Positions 1-7,109 of a DNA stretch of 32,000 bases are shown here, piece by piece; position 1 is the stretch's first letter, and the number at the start of each line of letters is the position of its first letter. The translations under genes and the position numbers were made by a program. Source of the stretch: Nitrososphaerota archaeon (lineage in GTDB: Archaea; Thermoproteota; Nitrososphaeria_A; Caldarchaeales; Calditenuaceae); NCBI GenBank assembly GCA_041641295.1, contig JBEPYO010000001.1, positions 791,909-823,908 on the forward strand. Direction: 5' to 3'. The notes beneath the pieces were generated by a model. The model saw nothing but the letters and a program-made list of their open reading frames with translations. It made no database searches and was not told the origin of the DNA.

Positions 1-129
1 GCACAGCAACCAAAAACCCCAGATACCAGTGCGTGGCAGCCAAACCCACTCCCCCCACCAGTTAACCAACCCCAGCCCATCCCATCCATATATCTCTTCA
101 AAACACCCAGCCCTAAACAAGCCGCTAGG

Positions 130-138
130 AATTTATAC
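130..138 (+). promoter_or_regulatory. TATA-box-like element upstream of 168..1538
   Basis: AATTTATAC lies about 34 nt upstream of the ATG at 168. This fits archaeal TATA spacing with a short or absent leader. Confidence 0.35.
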
Positions 139-167
139 CCAATACACGGGTATTCCATAACAAACGG

Positions 168-1538
168 ATGTCGACCGACAGAAAAAGAGCAGCCATACTC
201 GCAGCCATCATCATACTAGGCTTCGCCATACGATACATGGTATGGATATACCCCATGTACGCTACCCAAGGAATAATAATCTATGACACAGGAACCTACA
301 CAGTCTTCGGCCTCGCATACATCGAGGCCCTCACATCGATGAACCTAACAGCCCTAGCCGGGATAAACGTAGGAGTCCCACCCCTCGCCATGCTCCTAAC
401 AGGCCTAACCACACAAGCCTTCGGACAATACATCGGCCCGATCCAGGCAAGCCTAGTCGCACCGATGACAGCGTCAGCCCTAACGGCCATACCCGCCTAC
501 ATGATCGCAAGAAAAATCTCTCCCAAACTCTCCCTCATACCCCCCGCACTAGTAGCCTTCGACCCATTCCTCATACAATTCTCCGCATCCTACCTAGACT
601 CCATCGGCACACTCTTCGCCCTCACCTCAACCGCCTACACCCTAAACACAGGCGACAGAAAATCAACAATCCTAGCAATACTATTCGCATCCCTAGCCGT
701 CCTAACCAAACTATCATTCGCAATATTCATAACAATCTACGCCATCCTCCGCATCATATTCAAGCAGACAAGCATTAGGAGCGGAGTCTCCTATATCCTA
801 ATCCCATCAGCCTCACTGGCCCTTAGCCCTTGGCTCTGGATGCCCAGCGGCCTACAGACAAGCGTTACAGGCCACTTGCAGTTCAATAACCTCCCCCTCT
901 CACCGTTCATCGGCCCCTTCGTAATAGGCCTCCCCCAATCCCTCCCATGGTACATCCTAGCATACCTAGGCATGGGCCAAGTCGCTTGGAACACACTTCC
1001 CCCAATAGCACCGCTAGTCCTACTAGCTATCATAATGTACACAACAATGAAAAACAAGCCATACATCACTGGCCACCCAGCAGCGATGGCGGCCTCAGCC
1101 ATGATGCTTACAATCTTCCTATTGCCGAGGAACTACTGGACCTATAGCTGGGGCGGAGGCGCGATACAGGGCGTCCTAATACGCCAGTTCTACCCCTACT
1201 ACTTCTACCCCCTAATCCCCTTCCTAGCCACACTAATACCACCGGCCAATAGAAGCGAAAGCATCAACAGCCGCCTAGTAACCTACCCAATCCTCCTCAC
1301 CACACTCCTCTCCCCTCTAACATTCACGATGAACCTCGGCCTACCCTACTGGGACTTCCTCTTCACACTAATCTACAGCTCATCCCAAGGCAGCTGGGTA
1401 GCCGAGGGGATAATAGCCATAACAATAACCGTGGCAATTCTCATAGCCTCTGTCACAGCGGCAGAGCTCCTTCACAGGAAAGGCAAAGCCAATGGCCAAT
1501 CCGGGGGGCGAGGTGCCGAGCTAATAGTTAATCAGTAG
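168..1538 (+). CDS. Polytopic integral membrane protein, possibly a GT-C-fold (PMT_2/ArnT-like) glycosyltransferase
   Basis: A 456-aa ORF with no competing long ORF on the opposite strand. It has more than 10 hydrophobic segments and a basic N-terminus (MSTDRKRAAILAAIIILGF). An Asp-containing first loop (IIIYDTGTYTVFG) resembles the GT-C catalytic loop position. The functional call rests on architecture only. No WWDYG (AglB) motif was seen. Confidence 0.6.
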   Translation: MSTDRKRAAILAAIIILGFAIRYMVWIYPMYATQGIIIYDTGTYTVFGLAYIEALTSMNLTALAGINVGVPPLAMLLTGLTTQAFGQYIGPIQASLVAPMTASALTAIPAYMIARKISPKLSLIPPALVAFDPFLIQFSASYLDSIGTLFALTSTAYTLNTGDRKSTILAILFASLAVLTKLSFAIFITIYAILRIIFKQTSIRSGVSYILIPSASLALSPWLWMPSGLQTSVTGHLQFNNLPLSPFIGPFVIGLPQSLPWYILAYLGMGQVAWNTLPPIAPLVLLAIIMYTTMKNKPYITGHPAAMAASAMMLTIFLLPRNYWTYSWGGGAIQGVLIRQFYPYYFYPLIPFLATLIPPANRSESINSRLVTYPILLTTLLSPLTFTMNLGLPYWDFLFTLIYSSSQGSWVAEGIIAITITVAILIASVTAAELLHRKGKANGQSGGRGAELIVNQ

Positions 1539-1580
1539 AAAAACACTAATAAGCCACCATAGCACTAATAGCCACTCTTA

Positions 1581-1596
1581 TTTAAAAGATATATAC
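1581..1596 (+). promoter_or_regulatory. TATA-box-like promoter of pilin-like cassette copy 1
   Basis: TTTAAAAGATATATAC is centred about 28-35 nt upstream of the TTG at 1620. This is consistent with a leaderless or near-leaderless transcript. Confidence 0.45.
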
Positions 1597-1619
1597 ACGC
1601 TAGTCTAACTGTTAATCAA

Positions 1620-2147
1620 TTGGAGAGGGACTTGACCGCCCACCCAAACCCCAGTTACCGGAGGGGGCATAGAAGGATGCGCGGAGACACAGTAATCCTG
1701 GCCGAGATCCTCCTCTTCGCCGGTGTCGTAACTGTAGGCCTAGCCCTCTGGGGACTCTCCCTTGGCTACGTAACCTCCCAGTCAACAAAGCTGGCCCAAG
1801 ACTATGACAAACTCGTCTCACAGCAGAGGAGCTTCTTCATCATCGAGGCAGCCTCACTCCAAAGCAACGCCGTCTGGGTATCGAACCACGGCCTAAACGA
1901 TGTAGCAGTTATAAGCTGCACAATATACCCGAAGACCACTCCCTCACCCGGAATAAGACACAACGTGGCCGGCGTGATCGTAAGAGCATCAGACAACACT
2001 CCCACCGTTCTGACAGGCTGCGAGCGCTTCCCCGGCCCACCTCCATACGTGGTCGAGGTCTGGTACATCCCGGCACACCTCTACAACCCGCAAGACCCGG
2101 CCAGCAACTCGATGTACGCACTTGTGGCCCGATATGAGAAGGGGTAG
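1620..2147 (+). CDS. Class III signal peptide (type IV pilin-like) protein, family A, copy 1
   Basis: The N-terminus has a basic leader followed by RG|DTVILAEILLFAGVVTVGLALWG. This matches the archaeal prepilin pattern [KR][GA]|x plus about 20 hydrophobic residues. The leader is homologous to that of copy 2, which supports a start upstream of the internal ATG at 1677 (TTG at 1620 or 1632). The stop overlaps the next gene by 14 nt. Confidence 0.8.
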   Translation: MERDLTAHPNPSYRRGHRRMRGDTVILAEILLFAGVVTVGLALWGLSLGYVTSQSTKLAQDYDKLVSQQRSFFIIEAASLQSNAVWVSNHGLNDVAVISCTIYPKTTPSPGIRHNVAGVIVRASDNTPTVLTGCERFPGPPPYVVEVWYIPAHLYNPQDPASNSMYALVARYEKG

Positions 2148-3324
2148 CTCCGGAATCTCCACAATGGTTGGGATGGCGATAATCTTAGCGATATTCTTCA
2201 CAACCCTAATCCCGCTCTACGTCTACATGTCAAGCCTCTACGGCCTACTATCCAACGAGACGAACTCTAGAAGGATTAGGGACGTGGACAGGGAGACGGA
2301 GGACCTGAAGCTCTTCGTTGAGGGAAGGTCTGGTATAGGTCAGGGAAGCCCTAGCATAAGCGTGGTTCTGAAAAATACCTCACCTCTACTGATAAGGGTT
2401 GAGAGGATTTGGATGATGAATGTGGCGGCCGGCTCACCAGTCGGCGACACCCCCTGTGTAAACACGATAGTCGACGTACCCCCAGGCTGGAACATCACAG
2501 TTCAGGTTAACGATTGTACGCGAGGGTTCACTGGAAGGGTTCAGTTTATAGCTGTTACCGGGAGGGGAAGACTGTTCAGCTCCGCACCAATCGACCTCTT
2601 TCAAGGGAGAATAATTGCAGGCCTCTTCCCCTACACCTTGACAGTCTCAGTCATCAACATGAAGAGGGGAAACGAATACACCATCGACATCCAGCCACAA
2701 GGAGACGCAGACATACATCCACGCTCCATAACATATAAGGCAACAGCATCAAACGAGAACATCTCACTCTCCTTCGGAACAACAGCCGGAACCTTCCGAG
2801 TCTACCTCAAGGAGAACGGGGTTCTAGTCTCGACCGCTAGGCTCATAGCCCCACCCACCAACCCAGTGGACGTAACGCTGCCAGACTATTGGAACGTAGT
2901 CTTCATCCTCAGAAGAGTCGAGATACTGCCCGTGACCATAGATCTAGAAATATTCGCTCCCAGCCGGGTCCTTGAGGGAGAATCGTTCCAGTTCCAGATC
3001 TTCCTCAGCCTACCCCCACAGGCCGGAGAGGACGTCAGAATCAACCACGACAGGATAATCCAAGCCATAAGTTTAAGTGGAGACTATGAGCAAAACACGC
3101 TTAAGTGTTTGCCAGTAGAGGATACACTATCCCCCGGGTCAACGAAGACCGCGCTCATCTGCTCCCTTACAGCGGCAGAGCTTACAGGAAACAGAAACTT
3201 CGGCTCAATAACCATTACTGTAGGGCCGATCCAAGACTGCGGAACAGGTGAGGGCTCCGGCCTACCATACTCCTCAGACCAGGATTCCACCATCATAGAT
3301 GTGAAGAGGCAGAGGGGCCGATAA
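2134..3324 (+). CDS. Class III signal peptide (pilin-like) protein, family B, copy 1
   Basis: MRRGSSG|ISTMVGMAIILAIFFTTLIPLYVY. The ATG at 2134 was chosen because it aligns with the ATG of copy 2 at 4093. The ORF track's TTG at 2122 is an alternative start. Several N-x-S/T sequons are present (NET, NTS, NIT, NIS). Confidence 0.8.
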   Translation: MRRGSSGISTMVGMAIILAIFFTTLIPLYVYMSSLYGLLSNETNSRRIRDVDRETEDLKLFVEGRSGIGQGSPSISVVLKNTSPLLIRVERIWMMNVAAGSPVGDTPCVNTIVDVPPGWNITVQVNDCTRGFTGRVQFIAVTGRGRLFSSAPIDLFQGRIIAGLFPYTLTVSVINMKRGNEYTIDIQPQGDADIHPRSITYKATASNENISLSFGTTAGTFRVYLKENGVLVSTARLIAPPTNPVDVTLPDYWNVVFILRRVEILPVTIDLEIFAPSRVLEGESFQFQIFLSLPPQAGEDVRINHDRIIQAISLSGDYEQNTLKCLPVEDTLSPGSTKTALICSLTAAELTGNRNFGSITITVGPIQDCGTGEGSGLPYSSDQDSTIIDVKRQRGR

Positions 3325-3325
3325 G

Positions 3326-3396
3326 CTACGGTGTCGACGCTCTATATGATGTCCTTACATTAGCACCTTCACATAACACTACACTATTCTCCATAA
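3326..3396 (-). pseudogene. Remnant of the 3' end of a 5285..6571-like gene (direct orientation relative to the intact copy)
   Basis: The reverse complement of 3326-3370 reads EGANVRTSYRASTP*. The intact gene ends EGANVRTSCRAPTP*. Further upstream the homology decays and contains a stop. Confidence 0.75.
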
Positions 3397-3475
3397 GGGG
3401 TTTGGGATGAGGGTGATCAGAAGTGGCAGTATGGGGGATACATTGTCTACCAAAGTATTAAATGCCCAAGGCCTT
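3397..3475 (+). pseudogene. Inverted remnant of the 5285..6571-like gene (segment encoding DEGDQKWQYGGYIVY...)
   Basis: 3397-3475 is nearly identical to the reverse complement of 5412-5493 apart from a 5-nt deletion (TCTAC). It is therefore sense on the + strand, opposite to the adjacent remnant at 3326-3396. Confidence 0.8.
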
Positions 3476-3540
3476 GGTGAAAGTGTTAATCAGTTGAAGA
3501 CATGCTATAATATCTTTCACCCTCAACAATGTTTACGCGC

Positions 3541-3558
3541 TATATGATACATATATAT
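3541..3558 (+). promoter_or_regulatory. TATA-box-like promoter of pilin-like cassette copy 2
   Basis: TATATGATACATATATAT lies about 40 nt upstream of the TTG at 3594. It sits in the segment that is absent from copy 1. Confidence 0.4.
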
Positions 3559-3593
3559 GGTTGGTGTTGGAGTGCAATACAGCTGCATAGGTT

Positions 3594-4106
3594 TTGACCT
3601 ATCATCTAACCTCCAGTGCCAAGAGGCATAAGAGCAGGCGAGGCGACTCAATAGTCTTGGGGGAGCTTCTCCTATTCGCGGGCATGGTTGCTATAGGGTT
3701 GGCCCTCTGGGGGTTCTCCCTAAGCTACGTTGCCATCCAGTCTACGAAGCTAACCGAGGACCAAGATAAGATCATCTCACAGCAAAGGAGTTTCCTCGTC
3801 ATCGAGGCTGTCTCACTGCAGAGCAATAGAGTCTGGGTATCAAATCATGGGCTTAACGACGTAGCGGTCATAAGCTGCACGATATACCCGAAGGCTAGCC
3901 CTTCGCCCGGAATAAGACACAACGTGAGAGGCGTAATCGTAAGAGCATCAGACAACAGGTCCACAGCCCTGACAGGCTGCGAGCCTTTCCCCGGTCAGCC
4001 GCCTTACATAGTTGAGGTCTGGTATGTCCCTGCACACCTCTACAACACGCAAGACTTAACCCGCAACTCAATGCACGCGACGGTGGCTCGATATGAGAAA
4101 GGATAG
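3594..4106 (+). CDS. Class III signal peptide (pilin-like) protein, family A, copy 2
   Basis: ...KSRRG|DSIVLGELLLFAGMVAIGLALWG. There is no ATG in the leader, so a TTG start is inferred. By my manual alignment it is roughly three-quarters identical to copy 1. The block VWVSNHGLNDVAVISCTIYPK is invariant. Confidence 0.8.
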   Translation: MTYHLTSSAKRHKSRRGDSIVLGELLLFAGMVAIGLALWGFSLSYVAIQSTKLTEDQDKIISQQRSFLVIEAVSLQSNRVWVSNHGLNDVAVISCTIYPKASPSPGIRHNVRGVIVRASDNRSTALTGCEPFPGQPPYIVEVWYVPAHLYNTQDLTRNSMHATVARYEKG

Positions 4107-5283
4107 GTCAGGAGTCTCAACTATGGTTGGTATGGCGATAATCTTAGCGATATTCTTCACAACCCTGATTCCCCTCTACGTCTACATGTCAAGCCTCTAC
4201 GGGCTTCTCTCCAGCGAAATGAATTACAGGAGGATTAGGGACGTGGACAGGGAGACGGAGGACTTGAAGCTCTTAGTGGAGGGAAAGTCGGGGATAAACC
4301 AAGGAGACTACGGAGTGAGCGTGGTTCTGAAGAACACCTCGCCCCTGCTGATAAGGGTTGAGAGGATTTGGATGATGAACGTGGTGACTGGCTCACCCGT
4401 GGGAGATACCCCTTGCATAGACAGGATAGTTGACGTGCCTCCAGGCTGGAACGTCACAGTAAATGTGGACGTCTGTACGCAGGGGTTCACTGGAAGGGTT
4501 CAGTTTATAGCGATTACTGAGAGAGGCAGGCTATTCGGCTCGCAGCCAGTGAACCTTCTTCAAGGAAGAATTATGCCGGGGATATTCCCCTACACTCTGA
4601 CTGTCTCAATCATCAATATGCGGAGAGGGAGCGACTATACAATCGAGGTAGTTCCACTCGGGGACGCAGATATACATCCACGCTCCGTAACATACAAGGC
4701 TACGGCCTCTAACGAGAACATCTCACTCTCCTTCGGAGCAACGGCAGGAACCTTCTCGGTCTACCTCAAAGAGAACGGGGCCCTAGTCCGGACAGCCAGA
4801 CTCGTAGCCCCACCAAACAACCCAGCTAATGTAACGCTGCCGGACTACTGGAATGTGGTCTTCATACTTAGAGGTAACACGATACGGCCCGTGACCATGG
4901 GCCTAGAAATAAGTGCTCCCCGCCGTGTTCTTGCGGGGGTATCATTCTCGTTCGATATTGTTCTCAGCCTACCGTCACAGGCCGACGAAGACGTTAGAAT
5001 CAACTATGATGGGATAATCCAAGCCATGGTTATAAGAGGAGACTACGAGCCAAATACACTTGATTGTTCGAAGGTGAAAGATACTCTCTCCCCAGGCTCG
5101 ACGGAGACCGTGGCTAGGTGCTACATAATAGCCGCTGAGCCTCCACAGAACAGAACCGCCGGCTCAATAACGATCACTGTAAACCAGATCCAAAACTGTG
5201 GAACTGGAGTAAGCTCCAACCTACCATACCCGTCAAACTCTGACTCCGTCAACATACAGGTGAGGGGGCAGAGAGGGAGATGA
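4093..5283 (+). CDS. Class III signal peptide (pilin-like) protein, family B, copy 2
   Basis: MRKDRSG|VSTMVGMAIILAIFFTTLIPLYVY. It shows the same 14-nt overlap with the upstream gene as in copy 1. It is collinear with 2134..3324 over its full length. Confidence 0.85.
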   Translation: MRKDRSGVSTMVGMAIILAIFFTTLIPLYVYMSSLYGLLSSEMNYRRIRDVDRETEDLKLLVEGKSGINQGDYGVSVVLKNTSPLLIRVERIWMMNVVTGSPVGDTPCIDRIVDVPPGWNVTVNVDVCTQGFTGRVQFIAITERGRLFGSQPVNLLQGRIMPGIFPYTLTVSIINMRRGSDYTIEVVPLGDADIHPRSVTYKATASNENISLSFGATAGTFSVYLKENGALVRTARLVAPPNNPANVTLPDYWNVVFILRGNTIRPVTMGLEISAPRRVLAGVSFSFDIVLSLPSQADEDVRINYDGIIQAMVIRGDYEPNTLDCSKVKDTLSPGSTETVARCYIIAAEPPQNRTAGSITITVNQIQNCGTGVSSNLPYPSNSDSVNIQVRGQRGR

Positions 5284-5284
5284 A

Positions 5285-6571
5285 TTATGGTGTCGGCGCC
5301 CTACATGATGTTCTTACATTAGCACCCTCATACCACCACTTACAGACATAAACTACACCTTGGGCTTCAGGGGATAAGAGGTCCTCCTCCTGATAGTTAT
5401 TCCCAGTGACTAGGCCTTGGGCATTTAATACTTTGGTAGAGTAGACAATGTATCCCCCATACTGCCACTTCTGATCACCCTCATCCCTAACCCTTAAGGT
5501 GAATAGGCCGATGTAGGAGTCGCCCGGTGAGAGCCTATTCAAAGAGGTACTGAGTATGGTGGTGGTCAGTGTTACGTTGTCGTAGGCTATGACCTCCAGC
5601 TGGACGTTAATGTTTCTCAGCGGCTCTGTATTATTACCTAGGCTCACTATGAATGGTATCGTGGCGTTTAGCTCGATGTCGCTCTCGCCTAGGAGTACCA
5701 TTAGGTTTGGCTGGAGGGGGCTTATCTGGAGTGGTATGGGTGTAGGAATGACGAGTCGGGGGAGCGGGCCTATCTGCACAACCACATGACCGTTCGCCTC
5801 AACCCTAACCGGGCTTGGGCTAATGTTTGCACAGCTGCTCCCATCATACGAGCACTGTAGGGCCCTGACAATGTATACGCCTGGGACTATGTTGAATGCG
5901 AAGACGTCAGACATATCCTCTACGCTCGAGATGAATCGCGTGGCATATGCGGAGCCCTTACAGCCCTCCGCAAACTCTTCCTCCCTCAACGAGACACAGC
6001 CACGAATCATGTTCACGCTTTCTCCACGCTCCACCGCGACCTCGACCCTGTACCTGTATCCTAGGCTGACGTTGCTGAGCTGGACTACCAAGAGGTAGGG
6101 TAGGGCGTTTGGACCGATTGGCTCGCCGGATACGAAGCTGTTGCCCCTGAGTGTAGGGGCTCTCACCACGACCTTTTCATTGGGCTCGACAAAAAAGTTT
6201 AGAGACTTCACGACCACGGCGCCCGGTGGCATCTTAAACTCTGTGCCTTCGATTTTCTGTAGACCGATTCTGCTGCTCTCCACATAGAGGGTTGGAACAC
6301 TAATCTCTACAGGCCCCTTATTCATCATTATGATGAATAGGCTTCTTTTACCGAAGGGGTTTATCTCCGGTGGCTGTAGGGTTGCGATGACTTCTAGCTT
6401 CTCGTTTAGCTTCTCGACCTCGAATTGGAGCCTCCTCGATACCTCGTCCATGAATATTGTCTGTATCTGCTGTATGTAGAGCCACATGGGGATCATGACT
6501 GTGAAAAATATCATAACGGCAATCGCGGTACCGACGACGGCCGAGACACCTGAGCGCCTCCTACTCCTCAC
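5285..6571 (-). CDS. Class III signal peptide (pilin-like) protein, family B-related (C)
   Basis: MRSRRRSG|VSAVVGTAIAVMIFFTVMIPMWLY. The N-terminal region is organised like family B, with a helix, then a charged coiled segment, then a NKGP/NTSP beta-domain. It is the last gene of the minus-strand operon. Its stop is 1 nt from the stop of the convergent gene 4093..5283. Confidence 0.85.
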   Translation of the reverse strand: MRSRRRSGVSAVVGTAIAVMIFFTVMIPMWLYIQQIQTIFMDEVSRRLQFEVEKLNEKLEVIATLQPPEINPFGKRSLFIIMMNKGPVEISVPTLYVESSRIGLQKIEGTEFKMPPGAVVVKSLNFFVEPNEKVVVRAPTLRGNSFVSGEPIGPNALPYLLVVQLSNVSLGYRYRVEVAVERGESVNMIRGCVSLREEEFAEGCKGSAYATRFISSVEDMSDVFAFNIVPGVYIVRALQCSYDGSSCANISPSPVRVEANGHVVVQIGPLPRLVIPTPIPLQISPLQPNLMVLLGESDIELNATIPFIVSLGNNTEPLRNINVQLEVIAYDNVTLTTTILSTSLNRLSPGDSYIGLFTLRVRDEGDQKWQYGGYIVYSTKVLNAQGLVTGNNYQEEDLLSPEAQGVVYVCKWWYEGANVRTSCRAPTP

Positions 6572-6578
6572 CCTTCCA

Positions 6579-7109
6579 TCACCCCGCTATGTTGGTTCTG
6601 GTGGTTGTGGTGGTGATTGTTACGGTGTAGGTGCTTGTGGAGGTTGTTGTCGTGGTTGTGGACATGGTACGTGTGAGGGGGGCGGAGGTGGTGGTGTAGG
6701 TAGTTGTTGTAGTCGTGGTCGGCGCTGTAACAGTTGTCGTCATATAGACTGTTCTCGTGGTCGCCGTAGTGGTCACGGTATATCTTGTAACCCATGCTGT
6801 TGCAGTGGTTGTTGAAGTACCTGAAGTGATGGTAGAGGTTATCCTAGTTGTCGTTGTTCGCGTTAAAGTTCCACTGGTGAGGGTTGTAGTAGTTATACGG
6901 ATTATCGTACTTGTGGTGGTAGTGGTCCCCTCTCTTTCTGTGGTGGTTGTTAATGCGGTAACCCAGGTGGTCGTGGTGGTGGTTGTGGTTGTTGTGGTGG
7001 TGACTACTCTTAAGGTCTGCGCCAGACCCGTTAGGCTGAGCCCAAGTATTGTCAGAATCGCCAGAGTAATTGTGAGTGCGCGGAGTCTCCTCACCCTATC
7101 CTCGACCAA
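6579..7109 (-). CDS. Secreted or pilin-like protein that is about half threonine (T)
   Basis: The N-terminus MVEDRVRRLRA|LTITLAILTILGLSLTGLA fits a class III or Sec-type signal. About 140 aa follow, dominated by Thr; I counted about 87 Thr in 176 aa by hand. It is packed in the operon with a 19-nt overlap upstream and a 7-nt gap downstream. The reading frame was chosen because the neighbouring gene uses the same Thr frame. The other frames give Gly/Cys, Val or His/Asn low-complexity products. Confidence 0.6.
   Translation of the reverse strand: MVEDRVRRLRALTITLAILTILGLSLTGLAQTLRVVTTTTTTTTTTTTWVTALTTTTEREGTTTTTSTIIRITTTTLTSGTLTRTTTTRITSTITSGTSTTTATAWVTRYTVTTTATTRTVYMTTTVTAPTTTTTTTYTTTSAPLTRTMSTTTTTTSTSTYTVTITTTTTRTNIAG
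6590..7004 (-). repeat. Low-complexity ACN (Thr codon) tract 1
   Basis: The + strand reads as GGT/TGT/AGT-rich. The minus strand gives runs of ACC/ACA/ACT, including a run of about a dozen consecutive Thr codons. Confidence 0.85.

Larger units (their letters stand above)
1607..3396 (+). repeat. Tandem duplication unit, copy 1 (family A gene + family B gene + remnant of downstream gene)
   Basis: The left edge TGTTAATCAATTGGAG (1607) matches TGTTAATCAGTTGAAG (3484). Coding regions are collinear with copy 2. The 3' flank 3326-3396 aligns with 5285-5345. Confidence 0.8.
3484..5345 (+). repeat. Tandem duplication unit, copy 2
   Basis: Collinear with 1607-3396. It carries an extra AT-rich segment of about 110 nt (3500-3593) ahead of the family A gene. 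Confidence 0.8.

Noticed and set aside
1-222. Open reading frame entering from the left edge (AQQPKTPDTSAWQPNPLPPPVNQPQPIPS...), possibly the C-terminus of an upstream gene
   Set aside because: It is Pro/Gln-rich low complexity produced by the C/A-rich composition. It would run across the TATA-like element and the start of 168..1538. It cannot be evaluated without upstream sequence.
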